64,000 nt of DNA from Hypanus sabinus (taxonomy: Eukaryota): NCBI RefSeq assembly GCF_030144855.1, contig NC_082717.1, positions 85,932,001 through 85,996,000 of the forward strand. The letters run 5' to 3'. Shown here one piece after another: positions 14,036 through 32,217 of the stretch. How positions within the stretch are numbered: the first letter of the stretch is position 1; every line of letters begins with the position of its first letter. The notes below the pieces were generated by a model. The model made no database searches. It worked only from the letters and a program-made list of their open reading frames with translations, and had not been told where the DNA came from. The position numbers were made by a program, and so were the translations under genes.

Positions 14036-14275
14036 CACTTGGAGACATGATGACTGGCTGTGTAAGCCTTTGTTCACCTCCAGGTGGGAGATTCAGCACT
14101 ATGACCAGTACTGTGCCAAGTGTCGTCCCAACCCATAAACATGGTGAGGTGCACGTGTCTGCCTTTCGGGTATAAGTCTCAGAGAAATGAAGAGCAGTGA
14201 TGGCCTCTCGGGACTCCTTGTCAATGCTGGTAACACTGGAACTACGGGAACGGCTGAAAGAGTTGTCTCTCACAT
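14036..14275 (-). CDS. STXBP5: STXBP5 exon, 240 nt: (D)VRDNSFSRSRSSSVTSIDKESREAITALHFSETY...QPVIMSPS(G)
   Basis: Acceptor aaaattag|AT, donor AGTG|gtaagg. ORF 13998..14273 is highly similar to tomosyn-1. Confidence 0.97.
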
Positions 14276-14583
14276 CTAATTTTGAAACAGGAGAAATGCA
14301 AAGCCATTATTGATACAGAAGAAGCATCAGGATATTATCAGCTTAAATTATCTGTCCATACCTGTACTTTCATAACGCAATCTTACATTTCAACCCACTT
14401 TCATTCGGTTGATTTGCTGACATAAAAGTTTTAACAGTCAGATCTATTTATCCTAGTAGTCTGAGAAAATGGGATGGTAGTAAGTACACACCAATTGACC
14501 ATAAATGTGGCCTTTATGTTTGAGAAGATTACTTAAGCAGAAATTCTGTTCATCTTTCATGACCACAGCATTTCTGCATTTGA

Positions 14584-14742
14584 CAAACCCAAGAAAATCT
14601 GCAGATGCTGGAAATCCAAAGCAATATACATGAAATGCTGGAGGAACTCAGCAAGCCAGGCAGCATCTGTGGAAAAGAGGGAGCAGTCAATGAAGGGTCT
14701 CAGCCTGAAACATCGAATATTTCCTCTATTCCATAGATCCAA
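14584..14742. mobile_element. PLE-derived short insertion (inverted 3' end plus degenerate hammerhead) with 12-bp TSD
   Basis: TSD ttctgcatttga at 14572-14583 and 14743-14754. Internal atgaagggtctcagcctgaaacatcga. Confidence 0.75.
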
Positions 14743-15589
14743 TTCTGCATTTGATGCCACTTGTCTTTACTTGGTGAATTTTGAGACACTACAGTTATTT
14801 TATAAATACGCACTTCAGCAACTTTTGGTTGGAGGGACAAAAAATTATTCATCATCTTCCTTGGGAATCTAGTTTTCAGGGTTAAACAAAGTCATTCTGG
14901 TGCTTGAAGTGGCATCTGCCTGTGATTCTGTAGAAAGGGGTTAGAGCTTGTGTCAATGTGGAGTATTTCTATAGTTGTAAAGTAGATGTATTAAATGACT
15001 TGATTGGGATATATCCGACAAGCACTTAATGCCAGTTAACAATGATCAAGGCTAGTGTTTATTGTCTATCTTAATGTCTCCAAACAGAAGAGACATGTAA
15101 GATTCCATGATATACGACAGACCAGGTACTGATGTCCTTCAGATAAGAAAATCTGACATCAGTGAAACCAATGGGTTATTCCTACAATCCATTTCTAAAA
15201 CTAGTTTCAGATTTTATTCAATTACCTCAATTTTAAGTAAGTGTACAATTCAAACTCAGGTCTTTGAATCAATAGCCCATTAATCTAGTCAATTAACTAT
15301 TATGCTCAACTAGAAAGCAACCCAGATTTAAAGTATTTTAAGTAAGGATAAGCTGATATAAATAGATGGAAAAGGAGTAAAATAAAGATGTTGCTTTAAT
15401 TAAACATTTACGAAAAGCCTCTTTCTGAAGCTACAGGATATAGAGTGTGGAATGTATATACAAAGAAGTCATACTCCAAGTACTGTTTTGGATGGGTTCA
15501 TATTTTCCAAATGCTGATTAAGTCCTTGGTCTCTGTTCTTTGACCCAAATCCAAACTCTGTCATTGGCAAAGAGTGAGGAATGTAGATA

Positions 15590-17267
15590 CAGTGGCATGC
15601 AAAAGTTTGGGCACACCTGGTCAAAAATTTCTGTTGCTGTGAATAGCTAAGCGAGTAAAAGATGAACTGATTTCCAAAAGGCATAAAGTTAAAGATGACA
15701 CATTTCTTTAATATTTTAAGCAACATTACTTTTTTTATTTCCATCTTTTACAGTTTCAAAACAACAAAAAAAAGGCACGAATCAAAAGTTTGGGTACCCT
15801 GCATGGTCAGTACTTAGTAACACCCCCTTTGGCAAGTATCACAGGTTGTAAATGCCTTTTGTAGCCAGCTAGGAGTCTTTCAATTCTTGTTTGGGGGATT
15901 TTCACCCATTCTTCCTTGCAAAAGGCTTCTAGTCCTGTGAGATTCTTGGGCCATCTTGTATGCACTGACTGCAACACAAGCTCAAAATATGATCGATCCA
16001 CCCCCGTGCTTAACAGTAGGACAAGTGTTCTTTTCATGAAATTCTGCACCCTTTTCCTCCAAACATACCTTTGCTCATTGCAGCCAAAAAGATCTATTTT
16101 AATTTCATCAGTCCAGAGGACATGCTTCCAAAATGCACATGGCTTGTTTAGATGTTCCTTTGCAAACTTTTGATGCTGAATTTTGTGGTGAGGACGCAGG
16201 AAAGGTTTTCTTCTGATGACTCTTCCATGAAGGTCATATTTGTGCAGGTGTCACTGCACAGTAGAACAGTGCACCATCACTCCAGAGTCTGCTAAATCTT
16301 CCTGAAGGTCTTTTGCAGTCAAATGGGGGTTTTTGCAGTCAAGAGTGAGTACAGAGAAGGTTCACCAGATTGATTCCTGGGATGGCAGGACTTTCATATG
16401 AAGAAAGACTGGATCGACTAGACTTATACTCACTGGAATTTAGAAGATTGAAGGGGGATCTTATTGAAACGTATAACATTCTAAAGGGATTGGACAGGCT
16501 AGTTGAAGGAAGATTATTTCCGATGTTGGGGAAGTCCAGAACGAGGGGTCACAGTTTAAGGATAAAGGGGAAGCCTTTTAGGACCGAGGTGAGGAAAAAC
16601 TTCTTCACACAGAGAGTGGTGAATCAGTGGAATTCTCTGCCACAGGAACCAGTTGAGGCCGGTTCATTGGTTATATTTAAGAGGAAGTTAGATATGGCCC
16701 TTGTGGCTAAAGGGATCGGGGGTATGGAGAGAAAGCAGGTACAGGGTTTTGAGTTGGATGATCAGCCATAATCATACTGAATGGCGGTGCAGGCACGAAG
16801 GGCCGAATGGCCTACTCCTGCACCTATTTTCTATGTTTCTATTGATTTGCCTTTCTAGCAATCCTATGAGCAGTTCACTCGGAAAGTTTTCTTGGTCTTC
16901 TAGACCTCAACTTGACCTCCACTGTTCCTGTTAATTGCCATTTCTTAATTACATTATGAACTGAGGAAATGACTACCTGAAAACACTTCGCTACCTTCTT
17001 ATAGCCTCTCCTGCTTTGTGGGCATCATTTATTTTAATTTTCAGAGTGCTAGGCAGCTGCTTAGAGGAGCCCATGGCTGCTGAATGTTGGGACAAGGTTT
17101 GAGGAGTCAGGGTATTTATAAAGTTTTGAAATTTACATCACCTGGCCTTTCGTAATGATGACTGTGAACACGCCACAGCCCTAACAAGCTACTTAAGGTC
17201 TGAGACTTTGGTAAAAGTTATCTGAGAGCTCAAATCTCTTGGGGGCCCAAACTTTTGCATGCCACTG
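15590..17267 (-). mobile_element. Tc1 DNA transposon (IR/DR type), internally deleted, containing a CR1 insertion
   Basis: TA|CAGTGGCATGCAAAAGTTTGGG ... CCCAAACTTTTGCATGCCACTG|TA. Transposase C-terminus PKNLTGLEAFCKEEWVKIPQ...VILAKGGVTKY on the minus strand. Confidence 0.93.
16342..16841 (+). mobile_element. 5'-truncated CR1 3' end nested in Tc1
   Basis: ORF MIPGMAGLSYEERLDRLDLYSLEFRRLKGDLIETY...RTRGHSLRI...FFTQRVVN; 3' UTR ends tctatgtttctat. Confidence 0.92.
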
Positions 17268-17449
17268 TAACTCCTACGACTTTAAACAAAAAATAAGCTC
17301 CTCTCCCTCAAAAACAGTAAGAAAAATCATATTTAAGAATACATATGATAGTTTTTATTGATAAAAGTCCTATAGACAAAAGAATAAAAAAAGCTACTGT
17401 TGGGACTAGTCTTTTCCCCTCATGATTAAGTCACTATCATCAAGTTACA

Positions 17450-20320
17450 AGGGATGGGTTACATCTGAACTCAAGGAGGACCAATATCCTTACAGGCAAG
17501 TTTGCTGGAGATGTTGCCAAGGCTTAATCCAGGTTGATAGGGAGGTGGAAACCAGGATGATAGGTCAGAGGATGGAGCAATTGGTGCAAAGGTAGATGCA
17601 ATATGTAGAGAGATTGTGAGAGAAACGATGAGGAAGGATTGACAGTGCATAGAGCATAATTACCATCAGTTGGATGGGTTGAAATATGTCTATCTTAATG
17701 CAAGAAGTATCAGGAACAAAGATGATTAACTTAAGAGCATGAATCAGTATAGGGAATTATATTATGATATTGTGACTTGGCTCTCACAATGGCAGGAATG
17801 GCTGCAGATTGTTCTGGGGTTTAGATGTTTTAAAAAGAACAGGGAGAGAAGTAAAATAGGTGGGGAGAGGAATTGCTGATCAGGGATAGTATCACAACTG
17901 CTGAAAGGGAGAAGATGGTGGATGGACCATCTGAGTCAGTGTGAGTAAAAGTCAGAAAATAAAAGGGGGCAATCACTCTATTAGAAGCATTCTATAGACT
18001 TTCAATTAGCAACAGAGACACCAAGGAGCAAATTGAATTTGGAAATGTGCAAAAAATAACAGGGTTGTTGTCATGGGGTCTTCAACTTGCTTAGTATTGA
18101 CTGGTACCCCTTTAGTGCAAAAGGCTTAGATGGGCAGAATTTGTTAGGTCTGTCCAGGAAGGTGTCCTGATACATATGTAGACAGGCCAACTAGAGACAA
18201 GGCCACACTGGATCTGGTCAGGTGACATCTCAGACACAGTGACCACAACTCCGACCTTTACCATTGCCTAGGACAAAGATAAAATCAGATGGCATAGAGA
18301 AGTATTTAATTGGGGGAGGGCAACTTATGATTCTGTTATGCAGGAACCTGGAGGTGTACATTAGGAATAGAGGTACTCAGGGAAATGCACATTGAAAATA
18401 TGGAGGTTGTTTAGAGAGAAACTGCATGGGGTTCTGGATAGGTTTATACCAGTGAGGCAGGGGAAGGATGGTAGGGTGATTGAACTAGGGTGGAAGATCT
18501 AGTCAAGAAGAAGAAAGAAACTTAAGACTTAGGAAGCAAAGCTCTTGAGAGTTAAAAGGTAGCCAGGAAGAAGCTCAAGAAGGGACTTCGGAGAGCTAGA
18601 AGGGGTCATAAGCTGGTCTTGGCGAGTAGGATTAAGGAAATACCAAGGCTTCCTTGACAATGGCTAGAACAAGGGCAATACCAATCAGGGATAAAAGAGG
18701 AAGCATGTGCCTGAAGTTGGAGGTGGCGGGGAGATCCTTAATGAATATTCACCAGCGAGGGAGACCTTGATGAATGTGAGGTCAGTGAGAACAGGCTAAT
18801 ATGCTGGAACATATAAACTCTTCTCAGGCTTCCAGCTGGGTATAGTTTATACATCATATACACCAAGAAAGCACCAGATCCTTTTTCATGCTGCAGCATG
18901 TTGACGTTAAGAAAGAGTAGGTGCTGGAACTTCTAAAAAATACACTAAGATAGTTAAGTCTCCAGCTTCGGATGGAATACACCACAGGAAAAAGACTGCT
19001 GTGCCTTTGGGGATGATCTAGCATCCTCACTAACCACAGCAGTGGTATCAGAAGATTGGAGGCAGGTAAACATTATTATTTTGTTCAAGAAATGTAATCA
19101 TGATAATCCTGGGAATTATAGACTAGTGAGCCTTACAGTGGTGGAAAAACTAATGGAGACAAGATTTATGTGCATTTGGAGAAGCAGAGTCTGATTAGGG
19201 ATAGACTGCATGGATTTGTCTGAGGCAGGTCATGCCTCACGAGCCCATCTTAACTCTTCAAGGAAGTAAAAAAAACAGATTAATGAAGGTAGACCAGTGG
19301 ATGTGGTGTACAGGGATTTTAGTAAGGTGTGATGATCCTCATGGTAGGCTCATTCAGAGTATCAGGAGGCATGGGATCCAGGAAAACTTGACTGCATGGA
19401 TTCAGGATTGGTATATCAATAGAAGGCAGAGGGTGATGGTAGATGGAGTATGTTCTACCTGGAAGATGGTGACCAGTGGTGTTTTGCAGGGATGTGTTCT
19501 GGGACCCCTGCTCTTAGGGATTTTTATAAATGACTTGGAAGAGGAAGTGGAAGGGTGGGTTTGTAAGTTTGCAAATGAAGGTAGGTAGTGTTGTGAATAG
19601 TGTAGAAGGTTGTCCTAGGTTATAACACGACACTGATAGGATGCAGAGCTGGACCTAGAAGTGAAATATGGAGATCAATCCAGAAAAGTGTGAAGTGATG
19701 CACTTTGGATGGTTTAACTTAAAGGCAGAATACAAGGTTAATGGCAGAAGTTGTAGCAGTGTTGTGGAACAGAGGGATCTTGGGGTCCACATCTTTAAAT
19801 CCCCCAAAGTTGTTGCACATTGATTAGGTGACTAACAAGGCGTATGATGTGTTACTGTTCATCAGTCGAGGGATTTTGTTCGAGGGCAGCGACGTCATGT
19901 TGCAGCTTTATAAAACTCTGGTGGGACCACTATGGGAATTTTGTGCTGAGTTCTTCCCATAATCCTCACCTCATTATAGGAAGGATGTGAAAACTTCAGA
20001 GAGGATGCAGAGGAGATTCATAAAGATGCTTCCTGAATTAAAGAGCATGTCTTATGAGGACAGATTAGCAAGCTAAGGTTTTTCTCTTTGGAGTGGAGGA
20101 TAAGAGGTGACTTGGTAAGAGGTGTACAGGATGATAAGAGGCATCAAGTGGATAGCTGGCTATTTTTACCCCCAAGCAGAAATTGCTAATGTGAGAGGAC
20201 ATAATTTTAAGGTGATTGGAGGTACATATGGGGGGGGGGGGGTAGATGTCAGAAATATGCTTTTTTTTAAAACAGAGAGTGATGGGTTTGTGACCACACT
20301 TGCTGGGGTGGTGGTAGAGC
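17450..20320 (+). mobile_element. Old CR1 LINE (ORF1 tail + degenerate ORF2)
   Basis: DGLHLNSRRTNIL (esterase end), YLNARSIRNK, VTSGVLQGCVLGPLL, KFAN and RGHNFKV. Confidence 0.88.
18813..18887. mobile_element. Small PLE-family-2 fragment inserted in CR1, with an imperfect 12-bp TSD
   Basis: Flanks atgctggaacat / atgctgcagcat. Internal ggcttccagctggg and gaaagcaccagatcc match 20651-20850. Confidence 0.6.
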
Positions 20321-20650
20321 CACACCATGTCAAATGGCTATTGTTAAAGTGGTTTTATATAACTATGTCAAAGATAATCAATCCTTCCTTAGCTTTCTCA
20401 ATCTGGCTGCATCTTTGAATATTGCCACCCACACCATTCCCATAAACTGGACAGAACTGCAATTGGCTTAATATCATTGTCACCTCAAGAAATTGCTTGT
20501 AACCACTTTTGTTCCAACATCCTTCCCCCAAGAATCCATCCTCCTATTTACACATCATCTCTTTGGAACATTACTTGAAAATAAAGCATCAGAGCCCCTG
20601 ACTAATACCTGGTGCTATTTGTGTAAAGAACTTCTCTAGTCGAATAATCA

Positions 20651-20850
20651 CTTCTTGGGCTTCCAGCTGGGTACAGGTATTGATTATAACTGATGTTTTG
20701 AAACCAAGCTCTGCCATCTTCAGGGGTGAAATCCCTGAAGAAGATGTAAGAGTTTGTCATTGAAACATCGGTTAAAATTGATACCTGTACCAGGCTGGAA
20801 GCCCAAGAAGAGTTTATTCGTCAGATACACAAGGAAAGCACTACATCCTT
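20651..20850. mobile_element. Inverted repeat of a second PLE-like family with hammerhead-like motifs on both strands
   Basis: Arms cttcttgggcttccagctgggtacaggtat / atacctgtaccaggctggaagcccaagaag. CTGAAGA (20735-20741) ... GAAAC ATC (20762-20769). Confidence 0.65.
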
Positions 20851-22114
20851 TTTAAACCCCTAACACTGGGAAAATCAAAGACATTTTCATTAATCCTCAA
20901 ACCATGGCAAATGACCAACCCTTTTCCTCTCTCCGGCTGAAACAGACTGTGCAACGTTGGTCTCAAAATATCTAAATTGAATACAAAGCCACCTATGCTT
21001 AGACAGTGTTACTTTTACTTCTGTAACATCACTGAATTCCTGCATGAATTGCTGTTTTCTCTTACCTTACACTTACCATCCCAATTATTTCTCTTATGCT
21101 CGACATTTTAAATATTCAAATTCATGCAAAACTCTGCATTTGTTATGCAATTCATATAATTGCTATTTACCAATCACCTTGGATTGCTGGTTGAGGATAG
21201 TGTCAGTTTTAAAATTCTCATCCTCAGTTTCAATTCCCTGCATATTTGTAATAGCCTCCATACATTCTCCATTATACTCCATTGATGACGATGCTTTAAA
21301 TATTGTTATTTTTAAATCGCTCCAATTTTGCTAGCTGAGCCATAAGCTCCCAAGGCCCATGAGCTCTTGAATTCTATGGCTCAAAGCTATAGACTAAGTG
21401 TGAATAGGTGAGATTAGTATAGTCAAATATAATGGTTGGTGTTGATATAGTGGGCCACAGGGCGTGTTTCTGCGCTGTACAACTCTACAAGTCCAATCCC
21501 CTCCCTAAATCTATGCACTTTTCTACTATTCTTTCCTGCTTTAGGTGTTGCTTAAAATCTTGTTCAATGATTAAGCTTTGGTCATCGTCAACAATACCAA
21601 ATTTACGAGGCTCAGTATCAAATTTTGCACACCTAAAGTGCATTGTGAAATCTTATGACATTAAAGCTGATAAAGTTGTAAAATTGATTTCCATTAGCAT
21701 CATGCAGATAAACCACTAATGTAGTGATGAGGCTTGCATTAAGCTTGTTTACATGTTTATCTTGAGAAATTTCCTTAAATCCAACGCTTCAGCCCATGAG
21801 GAGTTTTAAACAATGATCAACAGATAAACGACAACATGGAGCAGACTAAGATGAAAGAAACAAAAATAGTGGCAGACATACTCAAAAACAGACCTCCTGA
21901 AAGGCAACAGTACAATGCTGCTTGACCCAAGTACTAGAATTCCAGTTTTTTTGCTGTATGATTTATTGAAAAAGATGCTCTGTTTTAAGCACAAATATCA
22001 CACATAGCTCTCACCAGAGACCACAAATATACAATAAATAACATGACTATTTTCAGCATATGATCTCCCCAAATATGCATGCAATAGCTGGAAATATAAC
22101 TAACATTTGATGAG

Positions 22115-22278
22115 AAACACAAGAGACTGCAGATGTTGGAATCTCCAGCAATAATCAATCTGCTAGAGGAACAGTGGGTTGAGCAGCATCTGTGTGAGGA
22201 AAGGAATTGTCGATGTTTTGATTTGTAACTTGATGCAGGGCTGAATCCACTGTTCCTCCAGTAGTTTGCTTGTTGCTA
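22115..22278. repeat. Old PLE-derived inverted fragment
   Basis: aaacacaagagactgcagatgttggaatct...ctagaggaacagtgg / ccactgttcctccagtag. Confidence 0.6.
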
Positions 22279-24528
22279 TAACTTTTGATAAGTTGATCTT
22301 TTTCTTATTGAAGTTGTCAAAGCTTTTAATCAAAGCCTTTGGAACTTTTAAAATTAAACACGATCCAAAATTTGAAGATCAACAATATTTTACAGCAGAT
22401 TGGCTTCATGCTTTTGAACCATGCCTTTCTGTTATCTCAGTTTCCTGTTTCCTCAGGTTTCCATCTGCTTGCTCTATATTTGACCTTTTGAATTATTATC
22501 CATTGATTACTTATGCTCAAAGTGGAAATCTGTCCATTACACATGAATGACGTCTCTCCAAATAACGGGGATACCGAGGTGGCAAAGCTCATTTTCCAAA
22601 TATATATTTATGTTTTTAATATTCACAGCGATTAAAAAAAGCTGCACTTTCACTTTAAAGCGAATTAAGTCAAAACATGTACATGGGTAATTCTAAATGT
22701 TAACACAACAGGCATTTAAAATTATTCTAAAGAAGTTGAAGGGTGTGTCATTGTTAAAGCAAAATAGAATACTGCAGTAAAATTAAAGATATTGTGGAAT
22801 TCTCCAAGTTCATTGTTTTTAACATACAATGGACCAAGAGAACACCAGTTTGGTAAAGACCTATTACAAAGATGGCTTATTACTTATAATATTAGAATAG
22901 TGAATGTAACTGCCAGGAGATAGTAGCAGATAGTAGCCATTGCTTTAATTAGTAATATTGTATGGGGAATCCTGGCCTCAACTATATTCTTGACTTTGAC
23001 AAGAAATGACTGTTTCTGGATTGTGTGCATCAAGATGCAGCTTTAAGACAGCACTAATGAATTACATACTAACAGCAGCAAAAAATCTGAATTTTTAACA
23101 TTAGTAACTTCCAGATTAAATTGCAACTAGTGAATCCAAGACCTGATATACAATTTCAGATACAACCTTGAGCCGTGTAGCATGACCAAGAAAAACCCTA
23201 ATGAATTGTAGGTTTCTCAAAATCACGGCATGCTGAAATTGGATGGCAGTAGAAAGTGTGTATAGAACTCGCTCCAAGGGCGCATGTGCAAAACTCATGT
23301 GATGAATTCATCATGTTGAAGCAACCAGTCATTTCATAATTGGCCAGCACCATTTGGGCATAGCAATAATAACTAAGTCCAGGTTTCCATCTTTTAAAAG
23401 TGAGATAGCTTTTGGCTGCAAATGGTGGTGGAAGCCTTTCTTGTGATTGGACAACATTGCAGAAGATGAACTCCTCACTTCATGACTCAGCATTATTTTC
23501 ACTGCAGCAGTGAGGTGCTACCCCTCTGATGAAACGTTAAGCCCCATCTTCCCCTTTCAGATAGACAAAAGAGATAAAGAACAGCACTTCCTCCATTATT
23601 AATCCCTCAACTGTTTTTTATGGCACAGGTGATATCATAGCCACTTTAGATCTTTCCTGTGTGCAAATTAGATATTCTGTTACCATATAACGGTAATAGG
23701 GTTTCAAAATTATCTCATGATTTTTGCTGCACTGACAATGTTATTTTAAAAGATGTGGAGACTAATTAAGAGCTCGACTAACAAAGCAGCAAGATGGGCA
23801 CAAGTCACCAACAAAAGATCTATTTTCTCTCTTGATGGACAATACTATATCCTTCTACAGTTCCCATGTGATCGCTTGGATCAAAGAAATGTAGAGTGCT
23901 GTCTCCTTGATGATATGCAAAATTCCAATCCGAGCACTTCATTATTTACATCCGAGCAGAAATAGGCCAGCAAATCAACCACAATGCAACACTATGCATT
24001 TTCTCTTTCCTGATGTGTTCCTCTTTGTAACTTCACTAGTTTTATTAGAAACCACACTGATACCACTTCATCACTCAGCAAAAAAATGTGCAATGATAGG
24101 TGCAGAATAACCTAGAGCCACTTTGCTTACAGAATTGATCAGATCATAAGATTCATGGAACTCCCAAAGCTCTAAAAATGTTAGTTCTTCATCACCCATA
24201 AGTTCTCAGATATTTGCAGTTTGCTGATAAACAATAAAAAGATTAATGGAAGCCAACAAAAAGATTGGTGCAGCAGATGCTGTACACTCACAAACATTCG
24301 AAACTATTTATAGCAATCGGAAGCTGGCATTATGAAGCAGGAAATCATTGAGGTGGCGCTGACAACAGACCTCTAGCAAGCCTCTTTTGGAGAAAGAAGG
24401 ATTCACAGTGTTATATTGTGAATAGAAGCATTTTTCTGTTAATTAAATTGGAAGTGATGCAATCAAGTGACATAACTGGCAGTTGAGCGACAGATGCCAA
24501 CAAGTTCAAGAAGAGCAGCAACCCTTAC

Positions 24529-24551
24529 GGGGGGGGGGGGGGGGGGGGGGG
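24529..24551 (+). repeat. G23 homopolymer
   Basis: Direct reading. Confidence 0.9.
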
Positions 24552-25778
24552 TAGAGAGAAACAATAGGAAAAGAATTTCCACTTTCTAAGGTCACAAAAA
24601 AAATGTGACCTCAAAGCATTTAATTCAATTGCAGTATTTTGCTCATGAAGCCACTTGGCTCTAATTCTTGGACAGGAAGAGCCAAGAAATTTATTTGTTG
24701 TTTAAATTGGCAAAGTGGCTGTTTAAATGCAGATGAAATTTTAGCTCCTTAATAGCTAAAGATTCAAAACTATACAGCCCAAGACTTAACATGCAAGGAA
24801 ATGATCCTGTTCTGATGCCATGGATTAAATGGAATGCTCTGACCTTCCATCCATTCTATTTATGACCATGAGCTGTAGGGGCTCTAATCAGGATAAGATG
24901 ATTAACAGGTAAAAAGTAAGAGTATCACCAGTGATGTTCAGGTTTCAATCCAATTGTGGCTAGTGGAAATAAAACCCAAAGGCCAGGTTCCATAAGGGAA
25001 TTAAATGCAGTAGCCTAATTGGATTTCCTACTAGATTCAAGCCTGCAGGACAAAACCATCTGCAATTTAATGGAAAATAATATAAAAGTTGCATCGTAAG
25101 CACAGCAGATGTTATGAGCATAAACTACCAAGCTGATGTAGTGGAAGATTTGAAACTCCTCTAATATCTCGCTTGGGGCCATTATTGCAGGGATTTTCAT
25201 TCTTCATGCACTGAGAAACTCATCAAATGAATAGCCATGAAAGCTAAGAATGTCACTGAGGAGTCTGAACATTTATTTCTCATCCTAGTTGGTCTTGTGG
25301 TAACGGGCTCCATCCTGACCTACTACAGTCTATTGTGATGAAGATGCTTCCACAATGGTGTCGCCAGGAATGAGAGTTCTCATTCTTCTCAGTGATCGAA
25401 GCTCTGTGGATGTGAGGTTGTTGAAATCTTGACTACTTGCTGCAACACATTTTGAAGATGGTAAACTTGAGCTCTATACCTTGTTGCCTGTATACAGTAG
25501 CCACTCACTGGATACATCTCAGAAGCAAATTATCTAGTCACTGAACAAAACTAACTTAATCATATTGGGTTTTGTTTTCTGCTTTTAAAAGGTCAGTCTT
25601 AAGCAGTTTGGTGCTTATGGACCAGAATTTGAACACCCTGCTATAACAGTGATAATGGGGGGGGGGGGGGGGGCGAGATGGCAGATACACTGTTTTCTTA
25701 CTCTTTGTTTTTTCCGCAAAACAAAACAATTATATGAAAAATATTTCCTCACCAGGTGGTGCAAGTCTTCACACTCAC

Positions 25779-25829
25779 CTAAATCAGGCTTCAGGTCAGT
25801 TGGCAAGCTTAGTTTTCTTGACACCTTCG
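25779..25829 (-). CDS. STXBP5: STXBP5 cassette exon, 51 nt: (A)KVSRKLSLPTDLKPDL (present in m- and b-tomosyn, skipped in s-tomosyn)
   Basis: Acceptor ttttctttcag|CG, donor TTAG|gtgagt. Near-identical to mammalian AKMSRKLSLPTDLKPDL. Confidence 0.95.
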
Positions 25830-26454
25830 CTGAAAGAAAATCCACAGAAAAATTAGATTTAGACCACTCGATCAAACTATCACTGAAGTGGGAACCAGTA
25901 CTATTGATTCCCTCCTTCAAGCCCACAAATACAAACTCAGGAATAATAATATATACCAGGCCTTTATGAAAAATTTGTAAATTTGTCTTGAAATGCAAGT
26001 AATGTTGACAAAGGTCAGCACTTAGATGAAGAGTAGAACATTAAAATTAAGACTTTCACAGATCTGGAACAAATGCAGATCAGTCAGTACAAGGACTACA
26101 TGTGAAGGGAACTTGACAAAAGTGAGAAGTTGACCAGGGATGCATCTGTAAGTTTGGATATAGAGCATGGATAACAGCATTAGCAAAGGAGCTGAAACAT
26201 TTAATTCTCTTAAGTGCTTGTGATATTGAAGTCATGAAAGATTTTCTCTTAGCTAATCACCAAATTGTTTCTAATGAAGTAGCACCTTATGAAAGAAGCT
26301 CTTACTTCAGAGATAACAGACTACAGAAGAGATGAAATTCATTACTTGGTTAATATTACCAGAACCATCAAGTCTGACACAGACAATGCTTAAAAGTAAT
26401 TTCTAAATCTTCACAGGCTTAGCAAGTTAATGAATTGAATAGAATACAAGCTTA

Positions 26455-31823
<5,369 letters not shown>

Positions 31824-32217
31824 TATATACATATCAAACAGAAAAATAAAATCACAAGCTTTCCTGTCACTTAATTAAACACTACTGAAATAATATTACA
31901 AAGCAATAACTCCTGTTGACAAGTTATGATTCAAAGTGACATACAAAAAAAGGGCAAATAATCTGCCAGCCATGTGATCCTACAAGATTGGACTATAATT
32001 ATGACTGAACATGTATTTGCACTGTATTTTCCCCCCATCTCTTGATTTTCTTAAGCAACCAAAAACAATTTCTCTCTTGAATATACTTATTGCATATTGT
32101 ATAATTTGGTGACTGGTTAAGAGAGAATCTTTCATGACTTCAGTATCACAAGCACTTTACAATTAAATGTTTCAGGTCCTTTGCTAATGCTCTTATCCAT
32201 GCTTCTGTCTGCCAGAA

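Noticed and set aside
12136-14275. Assignment to STXBP5L or LLGL
   Set aside because: Diagnostic residues (GTILRLKGAILRMAFLD, SRKLSLPTDLKPDLD, VTSIDKESREAI) match STXBP5.
25747-25778. Alternative donor CTG|GTGAGG 26 nt downstream of the 51-nt exon donor
   Set aside because: It would shift the frame and is weaker than the GTGAGT donor; no further support.
25615-25998. 127-aa ORF around the 51-nt exon
   Set aside because: Only the 17 codons between canonical splice sites match tomosyn; the rest is intronic read-through, including a homopolymer.
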